Positions 8,902 through 17,374 of a DNA stretch of 64,000 nucleotides are shown one piece after another. The notes under the pieces were generated by a model. It did no database searches. It had not been told where the DNA came from and saw only the letters and a program-made list of their open reading frames with translations. This DNA is from Saprospiraceae bacterium. GTDB taxonomy: Bacteria; Bacteroidota; Bacteroidia; Chitinophagales; Saprospiraceae. The stretch is taken from the NCBI GenBank assembly GCA_019694255.1, contig JAIBCI010000061.1, forward strand, positions 9,952 to 73,951, written 5' to 3'. A program made the position numbers and the translations under genes. Position 1 is the first letter of the stretch. Each line of letters starts with the position of its first letter.

Positions 8902-10605
8902 TTGCAAATAAAACTAACAAAAACCTTGGATAATACACCTTACACACCGGTCAAACGGTTTTGGAAGCTTCTTGAAAATGATAAAAAAGATATCCGTGAC
9001 ATCTACTTCTACTCGGTCTTTAAGGGTCTCATTAATCTTTCACTACCACTTGGTATACAGGCCATCATCAACTTTATCCAGGGTGCCAGGATCAGCGCTT
9101 CCTGGATTGTCCTCATTCTTATTGTTGTGATTGGGGTCTTACTCAACGGCATACTCCAAATCTATCAACTGCGCATAACCGAGAACCTGCAACAAAAAAT
9201 ATTTTCCAGGGCAGCCATAACGTTTGCTTTCAGGATTCCGAAGATCAGGTCAGAAGAGCTTTATCCGCATTATCCACCCGAGCTAATGAACAGATTCTTC
9301 GATATCGTACCCATTCAGAAAGGCCTCCCCAAAATACTCATTGATCTATCCACTGCCATTCTTCAAATTCTTTTTGGTCTGATACTGCTTTCGTTTTATC
9401 ATCCCTTTTTTATCATCTTCAGTCTAATTTTGGTTCTTCTCCTGGCTGGGATTATTTTTCTGACGGCAGGCAAAGGCCTCCAGACTAGCCTCCTCGAATC
9501 CAAAATGAAATACAAACTGGCATACTGGTTGGAAGAATTAGCACGCAACTATGGCACCTTTAAGCTGGCAGGTAAATCTGATCTGCACCTTCGCAAGACA
9601 GATGATCATATCAGTGATTATGCGTTTGCACGAGACTTGCATTTCAAAGTGCTGTTAAAGCAGTTTAATTACTTGATCAGCTTTAAGGTTTTAATTACCA
9701 TCGGGCTGTTGCTCATCGGAGGGATGCTGGTGATGAATCAGCAAATGAACATCGGCCAATTTATCGCTGCCGAAATCATCATACTGCTGGTCATTGATTC
9801 AATTGAAAAAATAATACTTAATCTTGAAAACTTATACGATGTGTTGACTTCCCTTGAAAAAATTGGACAGATCAGCGATCTCAAACTGGAATCTCCCGGC
9901 ACGGTCATCATTAACCCGGATCTACCAATGAAGCTTCAACTTGAAAATCTGACCTTTACTTATCCGGGATCCAGGGAACCCTCACTAAAAGAAATCAATC
10001 TGGTTATTCACCCTGGCGAAAGAATCGTCATTACCGGTGAAGAGGGCTCGGGCAAATCTACGTTGATGCGATTGATAGCTGGTCTTTATACACCTCAAAA
10101 TGGTCACATCAGCTACAACGGATTTCCAGCATCCAATTTGGAGTTTGATTCACTACGGTCCTGCATAGGTGACGCACTGATGATCGAACAAATATTTCAT
10201 GGTTCAATTTTGGACAACATTACACTGGACCGAAGCGGTATTGATTTTGCGGAGGTACACTCCTTAGCTGAAGCTACCGGCCTGGCCGAATTTGTCAGAA
10301 ACCTTCCCCATGGATACAATACTATTCTGGATCCGCAGGGCCAAAAGCTTCCATCGGGTATTATCTCCAAGATCATTCTGCTCAGAAGCCTCGCAGGCAA
10401 ACCGTCACTGTTGCTCATCGAATCGATCTTTGATCAATGGTCGTCCGCTGAAAAAGACAGAATTCTCAATTTTGTATTTTCTAAACAGTTTAATCATACT
10501 GTCATTATGCTATCTGATGATCCTGTTGTAAAAAAATACGCCAGTCGGATGATCAATTTATCGGAAGGAAAAATTGTAAAGGACGAAAGAACACTGAATC
10601 ATTAA
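8902..10605 (+). CDS. Half-size ABC exporter (6-TM domain + NBD, no C39 peptidase domain) with degenerate ATPase motifs
   Basis: 567 aa with an N-terminal transmembrane domain and a C-terminal NBD with Walker A GEEGSGKST. The only available start in the open frame is TTG at 8902; the next in-frame ATG is about 128 codons in. See the findings for the divergent Q-loop, signature, Walker B and H-loop. Confidence 0.85.
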   Translation: MQIKLTKTLDNTPYTPVKRFWKLLENDKKDIRDIYFYSVFKGLINLSLPLGIQAIINFIQGARISASWIVLILIVVIGVLLNGILQIYQLRITENLQQKIFSRAAITFAFRIPKIRSEELYPHYPPELMNRFFDIVPIQKGLPKILIDLSTAILQILFGLILLSFYHPFFIIFSLILVLLLAGIIFLTAGKGLQTSLLESKMKYKLAYWLEELARNYGTFKLAGKSDLHLRKTDDHISDYAFARDLHFKVLLKQFNYLISFKVLITIGLLLIGGMLVMNQQMNIGQFIAAEIIILLVIDSIEKIILNLENLYDVLTSLEKIGQISDLKLESPGTVIINPDLPMKLQLENLTFTYPGSREPSLKEINLVIHPGERIVITGEEGSGKSTLMRLIAGLYTPQNGHISYNGFPASNLEFDSLRSCIGDALMIEQIFHGSILDNITLDRSGIDFAEVHSLAEATGLAEFVRNLPHGYNTILDPQGQKLPSGIISKIILLRSLAGKPSLLLIESIFDQWSSAEKDRILNFVFSKQFNHTVIMLSDDPVVKKYASRMINLSEGKIVKDERTLNH

Positions 10606-10620
10606 AAAGAATTACCCGAC

Positions 10621-11970
10621 ATGTTAAATATTTCTCCGGTAAATCAAAACTATGAAAGTCTGACCCGCAAGTACGATGGTATACGGCAGATTGAAGCCAA
10701 ATCCACAAGTCCATTATTCAAAAGATTTCTTCTCATGGTGAGCATGATTCTGCTCGCTCTTTTGTTTTTTCCGTGGACTCAGAATATACGCTCCAATGGT
10801 ATGGTAACAACACTTTACCCGGGACAACGGCCACAGAAACTTCAATCTGTCATTGCGGGCCGAATCGAAAAATGGTACGTCAAAGAAGGAGATAAAGTCC
10901 TAAAGGGCGACACCATTCTGAGGATATCCGAAATTAAAGAGGATTATTTTGATCCACAGCTGCTTCAAAGAACTGCAGATCAGTTAAACGCTAAACAATC
11001 TGCAGTTGGAGCTTACGAACGCAAAGTGACTGCACTCGATAATCAAATCGGCGCATTACTCAAATCAGGACAGTTGAGGCTTCAACAGGCGAACAACCGA
11101 TTGCGTCAGTCTATGCTTCGGGTGACCACGGACAGTATCGATCTGAAGGCACAGGAAGCTGCATTCCAGGTGGCTGCAGAACAATATGCGAGGATGGAAC
11201 AACTTCATAAAGAAGGACTAAGAAGCCTCACTGACCTTGAAGCGCGGAGGCTTACAATGCAGAGGGCACAGGCTTCCATGATCGCTGCAGAAAATAAATT
11301 GATAACATCCCAAAATGATCTACTCAATGCTAAGATTGAATTGGGTTCCATTTCAGCCAAATACCGCGAAGACATTTCGAAAGCAGAATCTGATAAATTT
11401 TCAACTCTTAGTAACCTATATGATGCTGAAGCCACAGTCACCAAAATGCAGAACCAGTTCTCTAATTACACCATGCGCTCCGGTTATTATTATGTTACAG
11501 CACCACAGGATGGATATGTCACCGAAGTATTAAGTGCAGGTGTTGGGGAGAACATCAAGGAAAGCACAGAAATTGCCACTATCATGCCCACGGAAGCACA
11601 ACTGGCCGTATCAATCTATGTCAAAGCGATTGATCTCCCGCTGCTGGACACCGGAAGAAAAGTCCGCATTCAGTTTGATGGATGGCCAGCCATCGTATTC
11701 TCCGGATGGCCTGGAACGAGCTATGGGACATACGGAGGTATCATTTTTGCAATTGATAAATTTACTGACAACAACGGAAAGTTCAGAATACTCGTCAAGC
11801 CCGATCCTACGGACCATCCCTGGCCAACCGCACTTCGTGTGGGTTCAGGTGCCATCGGTATGTGCCTGCTTAACAATGTACCTATTTGGTACGAACTTTG
11901 GCGAAAGATTAACGGATTTCCACCAGATTTTTATCACTCATTGAAAAGCAATGAAGAAAACAAAAAATAA
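10621..11970 (+). CDS. HlyD-family secretion adaptor (membrane fusion protein)
   Basis: 449 aa. It has a single N-terminal TM (FLLMVSMILLALLFF), a lipoyl-like motif IAGRIEKWYVKEGDKVLKGDTIL, a long coiled coil and a C-terminal beta-barrel. It starts 15 nt after the ABC gene. Confidence 0.85.
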   Translation: MLNISPVNQNYESLTRKYDGIRQIEAKSTSPLFKRFLLMVSMILLALLFFPWTQNIRSNGMVTTLYPGQRPQKLQSVIAGRIEKWYVKEGDKVLKGDTILRISEIKEDYFDPQLLQRTADQLNAKQSAVGAYERKVTALDNQIGALLKSGQLRLQQANNRLRQSMLRVTTDSIDLKAQEAAFQVAAEQYARMEQLHKEGLRSLTDLEARRLTMQRAQASMIAAENKLITSQNDLLNAKIELGSISAKYREDISKAESDKFSTLSNLYDAEATVTKMQNQFSNYTMRSGYYYVTAPQDGYVTEVLSAGVGENIKESTEIATIMPTEAQLAVSIYVKAIDLPLLDTGRKVRIQFDGWPAIVFSGWPGTSYGTYGGIIFAIDKFTDNNGKFRILVKPDPTDHPWPTALRVGSGAIGMCLLNNVPIWYELWRKINGFPPDFYHSLKSNEENKK

Positions 11971-13402
11971 TTCCTCGACTACGAAATCATTCATAATATC
12001 CCGCTATAGTGTTATCATATTTCTGATCCATACTTCTGCAATATATCAGTCAGTGGTCGCTGGTCCGCGTGACAGCACACTGGGTTACGCTCAATATATT
12101 TCATTGGTTATGAAAAACCATCCCCTGGCATTGCAGGCCGATCTTATCCCACAGAATGCGGAAATGCTAATAAGTAAAGCAAAGTCAGCCTTTGATCCGA
12201 CCCTGCTATTCAGCTGGGACAATAAGAACTTTAATGACAAAAATTATTATTCTATACTCGAAGGAGGCCTTAAACTTCCTTTGCGATACGGCCCCGATCT
12301 AAAATTTTTTTATGACCAGAATACCGGCACACAACTCAACCCCGAAGCATCTCTACCTTCAGATGGCCTAATGCGCTCCGGTATCGAATTACCGCTACTG
12401 CAGGGCCTTTTGATGGACCGCAGGCGAACAGATCTTACAAAAGCGAAAATAAACAAGAACCTATCTGAAAACGAAAGAAAGCTAGTCCTTCTGGATTTGT
12501 ATTTTGAGGCATCCCGGGCATATTGGCAATGGACTGAATCCTATGCTGTCCTTAAGCTGCAGGAAGAAATGTATAGCAAGGCATTGGAACGATTTGATGC
12601 CGTCAAAAGGACTTCATTACTTGAGGATCGACCCCTTCTTGATACTATAGAGGCATACATTCAGGTACAAAACCGCAATTTTGCCTATATGCAGTCAGCA
12701 CTTCTGTATACCAATCAGAAGGCACTCGTAAATGTATACCTTTGGAATGACAGCCATTATCCGATGGAATTGAGTGCCACTGTTATTCCAGATAATATCA
12801 AAGAACTTGCGCTTAGCGAACCCGACAGCAATTTAATCAGCGACATTCTCAGTTTGGTTAATGAACATCCGGCATTGCAACAATATTCCAACAAAAAAGA
12901 ATTGGTTAAGGCTGATCTAAGATTGAACAGAGAACAATTTAAGCCCCAACTCAATCTGCAATATTACTGGCTTACTTCACCGGTTATAAACAGTAATAAC
13001 CGAAAGCTGGACAATAATAAATGGGGCCTCCAGTTCTATTCGCCAATCATTTTTAGAAAGGAAAGAGCAGAAGTCAATATCGCAAAGCTCAAACTTCAGG
13101 ACCTTTCCTACGAGCAATCACTTAAAGTAGCGCAACAGTCGTACAAAATCAGTACCGCATTTAATGAGTGGTTAACCGCCGCCGAGCAAGTTAATCTAAC
13201 AGGGCAAATCAGAATTCGCAGTGAAAAAATGCTGGAAGGAGAAAAAAAACTTTTCACCTTGGGAGAAAGCTCACTTTTTATGATCAACCAGCGCGAACAG
13301 GATTTTATTAATTCCAATCTTCGGTATTATGAAGCAGTGATCAAGAACCGACTTGCAGAAATCCGTACATACTACCAGGCCGGTACTTTAAACCTGCAAT
13401 AA
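11951..13402 (+). CDS. TolC-family outer-membrane efflux protein
   Basis: 483 aa with a signal-like N-terminus and two repeated helical/coiled halves of TolC/OMF type (AKINKNLSENERKLVLLDLYFEASRAYW...). It overlaps the adaptor gene by 20 nt. Confidence 0.8.
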   Translation: MKKTKNNSSTTKSFIISRYSVIIFLIHTSAIYQSVVAGPRDSTLGYAQYISLVMKNHPLALQADLIPQNAEMLISKAKSAFDPTLLFSWDNKNFNDKNYYSILEGGLKLPLRYGPDLKFFYDQNTGTQLNPEASLPSDGLMRSGIELPLLQGLLMDRRRTDLTKAKINKNLSENERKLVLLDLYFEASRAYWQWTESYAVLKLQEEMYSKALERFDAVKRTSLLEDRPLLDTIEAYIQVQNRNFAYMQSALLYTNQKALVNVYLWNDSHYPMELSATVIPDNIKELALSEPDSNLISDILSLVNEHPALQQYSNKKELVKADLRLNREQFKPQLNLQYYWLTSPVINSNNRKLDNNKWGLQFYSPIIFRKERAEVNIAKLKLQDLSYEQSLKVAQQSYKISTAFNEWLTAAEQVNLTGQIRIRSEKMLEGEKKLFTLGESSLFMINQREQDFINSNLRYYEAVIKNRLAEIRTYYQAGTLNLQ

Positions 13403-13445
13403 CGAATCATGAAAAATAAAAATCTTAAGGCGCAGGCTATACTAT

Positions 13446-14918
13446 TCAAAATATTTTCAATAGAAAAAGCCAGGTCCAAATACTGATTACCAAGATACTG
13501 ATTAAATTAATCCATAAACCTGCTTGTAACATCTTACGCAACGGTACCAGTCCGCTTCCATATACAATCGCATTGGGAGGAGTACCCATCGGCAACATTC
13601 CTGAACAGGAAGCTGCCATACACATGGGTATACCCAAAATCAATGGTGAAAGGTGAAGTGATTCGGCCAGGCTTACGACAATTGGACTCAACACGATGAC
13701 CTGGGCAATATTGCTCATAATCTCACTTAAGAAAACTGAAATTGAAGCAATGACGATGATTATTAAAAACAAATTATCCGGGGTTACAACTGCGAGTGCA
13801 TTACCCAGGCGACTCAGGAGACCCGCGGACTGTAATTGCTTTGCGAGGGCAATACCGCCACCGAACATGAGCAGTATGCCCCATTCCATTTTTATCGTGT
13901 CTTTCCAGGTTAGAAGTCCCTTGTGCTGATGCACGAGCTCATCGGCTTCCAGTGCGTTGTCGCTTGATTTTTGGTTTGAAGGTAAAACAAACAATAGCAT
14001 AGCGCCCGTCAAAGCGATGGCTGAATCATTGATGTCCAGTCCACTCAATTTATTCACCACATCCTTCAGAATCCAAAATGCCGCGGTAATAATAAAAACG
14101 CACAATACCAGTACTTGCTCTCTTTTCCAAGGGCCAAGTTTTGAGATTTCATTTTTTAAGAAAGGCAATTCAGTCTCATCGGGACTGACTTTTATTCTGA
14201 ACAAGACCTTTGCAAATACAATGTACAATAAAGTCAGCATCAGTGCAGAGAGCGGAAAAGCAAATCTGAACCACTGTGCAAATCCAAGTGTTACGCCATT
14301 GTGTTCATGGATATAGGCAGCAAATGCGCTGTTGGGTGGTGTTCCAATGATGGTACTCAGCCCGCCGATATTGGATGCATAAGCGATGCTCAGAAGGATT
14401 GCAACAGTAATGCGTCGATGCTGATCCACCGGATAGCATGATTTAAGCACGTTGATCATCGACATCGCTATAGGATACATCATCATGGTCGTGGCAGTAT
14501 TGCTGATCCACATGCTGATCAGATAAGTTGAGATCATAAATCCAAGTATGACGCGATCTCCTTTAAATCCTGTTAATCTTAGGATCTGTAATGAGATTCT
14601 TTTGTGCAATTCCCATTTCTCGAGGGCAAGGGCGATAAAAAACCCGCCCATAAACAGATAAATCACAGGATCTGAATAACAATTGCTAACATTTCCAAAA
14701 GTATCCAGGCCGGTAACTGGAAAAATAATAAGAGGAAGGAGAGCCACTACAGGCATCGGAAAACACTCACTAACCCAAAGTCCGACCATCAGCAAGCCAA
14801 AACTCAGCGATAACAACTCCGTCGCACTCAGACTAAAAGGATTGAACAGTTGGTTGAGAATGGAAGGCATGATAAATAAAATACATCTGCCCTCATTTTT
14901 ATAGTTTGATTGATTCAC
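13446..14918 (-). CDS. SLC13/DASS-family anion:sodium symporter (dicarboxylate/sulfate type permease)
   Basis: 490 aa, polytopic, with the two SNxxTT/PPN hairpin motifs (WISNTATTMMMYP; GTPPNSAFA; GTPPNAIVY). An alternative and perhaps better start is the ATG at 14870 (MPSILNQLF). Confidence 0.85.
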   Translation of the reverse strand: MNQSNYKNEGRCILFIMPSILNQLFNPFSLSATELLSLSFGLLMVGLWVSECFPMPVVALLPLIIFPVTGLDTFGNVSNCYSDPVIYLFMGGFFIALALEKWELHKRISLQILRLTGFKGDRVILGFMISTYLISMWISNTATTMMMYPIAMSMINVLKSCYPVDQHRRITVAILLSIAYASNIGGLSTIIGTPPNSAFAAYIHEHNGVTLGFAQWFRFAFPLSALMLTLLYIVFAKVLFRIKVSPDETELPFLKNEISKLGPWKREQVLVLCVFIITAAFWILKDVVNKLSGLDINDSAIALTGAMLLFVLPSNQKSSDNALEADELVHQHKGLLTWKDTIKMEWGILLMFGGGIALAKQLQSAGLLSRLGNALAVVTPDNLFLIIIVIASISVFLSEIMSNIAQVIVLSPIVVSLAESLHLSPLILGIPMCMAASCSGMLPMGTPPNAIVYGSGLVPLRKMLQAGLWINLISILVISIWTWLFLLKIF

Positions 14919-14937
14919 GCGAACCCTTACAAAATCA

Positions 14938-15300
14938 TTAAATATTACCTATTAGGAGCGCAAGCATTGCCGGAATTGCCTGGACAATGAATATACGTCT
15001 GCTGACGCTCCATCCACCTGCAATCCCTGCAGTTACAATGCAGATCAGAATAAAATTTCTTAATGTACTCACGCACTGGTCATCCCTTAGGATCAGACTA
15101 AGGATTAAGCCTGCACATAAAAACAAATTGTACACACCCTGATTGAAGGCCAATGGGGCGGTGTCATTAAAGAAATCAATATTTCGACCTTTTCCGAAGA
15201 TTTTGCGGCCCAGACTTTTCCACAGAAGAGATTCCATTATAAAAAAGAAAAAATGCTGAACGGCAATCAGTATAATCCAACATTTAAAAAACAGTTCCAT
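14938..15300 (-). CDS. DUF1304-family small membrane protein
   Basis: 120 aa with 4 hydrophobic segments. The pattern HFFFFIMESLLW...LAFNQGVYNLFLCAGL resembles DUF1304. The start codon directly abuts the TerC stop. Confidence 0.6.
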   Translation of the reverse strand: MELFFKCWIILIAVQHFFFFIMESLLWKSLGRKIFGKGRNIDFFNDTAPLAFNQGVYNLFLCAGLILSLILRDDQCVSTLRNFILICIVTAGIAGGWSVSRRIFIVQAIPAMLALLIGNI

Positions 15301-16143
15301 CTACTGCTGATTTTCAAAAAAACCCTGTTCCCTGGCGTCTTCACCAATTCCGTGCAATTGGACTGGTCGCGATCTCCTTCTCATGCGCATATTTAACATT
15401 TCCACAAGCAGTGAGAACGCGATGGCGAAGTAGAGGTAACCCTTGGGCACTGTTCCTACTTCCTCTCCGGCCAGTACAAAATGTGATAGATGCGCACCTT
15501 CCACGATCAGCATAAATCCAATCAACAACAAGAAGGCCAGACCTAGCATTTGGACCGTCGGATGATCATTGACGAATTTACCAACTGGATGCGCAAAGGC
15601 AATCATGATAACAATCGACGCAATGACACTCACGATCATAATCCATAACGATCCATGCACACCTGAGGTCATACCTACGGCGGTCAGTATTGAATCAAGA
15701 GAAAATATCAGGTTAATCAAAGTAATCTGAAGCACCGCACTCGTCAGCGAGACTTTCGCCTTATGTGATTTTGATTCTTTCGGATCATCGGCATCCAGTT
15801 TATGATGTATCTCGGATACTGATTTATAAATCAAAAAAATACCACCCACAATCAGAATAAGGCTCTGCATGGAAAAGGCCCCGTGAATCCATGTGCCTTC
15901 GATGCGGAATAACGGCTCCTGCAGTGCCGTAAGAAAAGCAAGGCCGAACAATAGCATAATCCGCATGACCATCGCAGCGAGCAATCCGATGTTGGTTGCT
16001 TTCTTACGTGAATCTGATGGCAACCTGTTGGCGGTTATAGAGATGAATATAATATTGTCTACACCAAGTACAATTTCGAGGAACGTCAGCGTTAAGATAC
16101 TCAGGAAAACTTCAGAGCTAAACCAGTTTGGAAATTCGTACAT
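15301..16143 (-). CDS. TerC-family integral membrane protein
   Basis: I prefer the start at the ATG at 16143 (MYEFPNWFSSEVFLSILTLTFLEIVLGVDNIIFISI, a typical TerC N-terminus). It carries the paired GVDNIIF / SLDSILTAVG motifs. The tracked ORF extends 36 codons further upstream. Confidence 0.85.
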   Translation of the reverse strand: MYEFPNWFSSEVFLSILTLTFLEIVLGVDNIIFISITANRLPSDSRKKATNIGLLAAMVMRIMLLFGLAFLTALQEPLFRIEGTWIHGAFSMQSLILIVGGIFLIYKSVSEIHHKLDADDPKESKSHKAKVSLTSAVLQITLINLIFSLDSILTAVGMTSGVHGSLWIMIVSVIASIVIMIAFAHPVGKFVNDHPTVQMLGLAFLLLIGFMLIVEGAHLSHFVLAGEEVGTVPKGYLYFAIAFSLLVEMLNMRMRRRSRPVQLHGIGEDAREQGFFENQQ

Positions 16144-16438
16144 GATCTTTATTATTGCAGCGCGTAAAGCTATAACGCAGGGGCTATATTCACAAACCAA
16201 ACAGGCATATTTTTCCAATAATCCAGGGATAAGCATTTTTTGACCAATCAACTAGAGCATAAATCCTGTAAGAATTCAGGTCTTACAATTGACCAACACA
16301 CTGTTTTCTCCTGGTATAATCTCTACGTTGCAAATTACTATACGTTACACTTCTCACATTGTGAAGAAGCCAGAGTAATATTGTGTGTTAGCTTAAAATG
16401 AATACATTTACAGTCTGTTTAAAAAATATTGCCTTCCA

Positions 16439-16846
16439 ATGACCGAAAAATCTGACTTACTCAGGCATCTTCGAGAAGAGACTTTTATCCGTCTTCAGCC
16501 TTCCGGGATTCATGGTACAGGAGTATTTGCCATCCGGGACATTCCGGCAGGAAGTGACAATTTTTTTTCAGATTCCGAAGACGAATGGATTCATCTGACA
16601 TATAGTGAAGTAGGATCGCTACCTACATCCAGTCAATTTTTAATAGAAACCTACTGCCTCTTCGATCATCTTGGATACTTTGTACCTGCCCATGGATTTG
16701 AAAAAATGGACCTCTCCCTTTTTCTCAATCATTCGGATACGCCCAATATAGCTTCAGTGAATGATGGCGAATCGTTTGTAGCCCTTCGCCAAATTCATGC
16801 AGGAGAAGAGCTTCTGGTTGATTACGGCACCATCGTTCAGGAATAG
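16439..16846 (+). CDS. SET-domain protein (putative protein-lysine methyltransferase fold)
   Basis: 135 aa. GIHGTGVFAIRDIPAG, FLNHSDTPN and GEELLVDYG are the hallmark SET-domain segments. Confidence 0.8.
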   Translation: MTEKSDLLRHLREETFIRLQPSGIHGTGVFAIRDIPAGSDNFFSDSEDEWIHLTYSEVGSLPTSSQFLIETYCLFDHLGYFVPAHGFEKMDLSLFLNHSDTPNIASVNDGESFVALRQIHAGEELLVDYGTIVQE

Positions 16847-17086
16847 TAATTCTTTCAATTTAACTCACTGGACATTCTTCTTTTACAAATCAATGCAATG
16901 TGCAAACATTTGATATAATTTATTATTTCAGCCCATTCTCCTAAAAGGTTTCACCCTTTTAATTATATTTGAACCCTCGATTTGGGGATAGAATATACCC
17001 AATCAATGGGATCATAGCAAGATTTGATTTAGTAATTTCCGTCACGCGATGTCCATTTACTTTACGAATATTAAAAGTTGCCCGTT

Positions 17087-17374
17087 ATGCAGTTCACTTT
17101 TATTTCCCCAGCGAAAATTAATTTCAGATCAGTTCTCTTACTTATTCGCTTTTTCCTTCCGGTCATTATTCTGACTTGTGGAAGTTTTAATAATGATTCT
17201 GGTTATCATTTGATTTGCACAGGGCCTTATGCAAAATCATATCCTAAAGACTATGATGTACGCTCAGCGTATTGCAGGGGATTAAAATCTTGTCGAGGAG
17301 AAATACTAAGACTTAAAGCGGAAGAAGCCAAAAAACTCCGTCCTGATCCTTGTGATTATTGTTATGGACATTAG
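17087..17374 (+). CDS. Small Cys-rich putative lipoprotein, function unknown
   Basis: The ATG at 17087 gives MQFTFISPAKINFRSVLLLIRFFLPVIILTCGS (lipobox-like LTC). The C-terminal part reads CTGPYAKSY...YCRGLKSCRGEI...EEAKKLRPDPCDYC (CxG...CxGLxxC...PCxxC), a pattern I have seen in small Bacteroidota proteins. There is no domain assignment. Confidence 0.45.
   Translation: MQFTFISPAKINFRSVLLLIRFFLPVIILTCGSFNNDSGYHLICTGPYAKSYPKDYDVRSAYCRGLKSCRGEILRLKAEEAKKLRPDPCDYCYGH

Noticed and set aside
8897-8904. TATTTTTG as the -7 promoter box of the ABC exporter
   Set aside because: It overlaps the only usable start codon (TTG 8902) of the ORF. It cannot be both promoter box and start codon, so this is left unresolved rather than annotated.
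16144-16330. Possible yybP-ykoY Mn(2+) riboswitch in the TerC leader (CCAGGAGAAAAC ... UGUAAGACCUG on the minus strand)
   Set aside because: Only two short look-alike strings are present. The element would span about 38 nt instead of about 100 nt, and it lacks the GGGGAGUAG and UUGACA cores and the four-helix layout. It is kept only as an unexplained leader in the findings.
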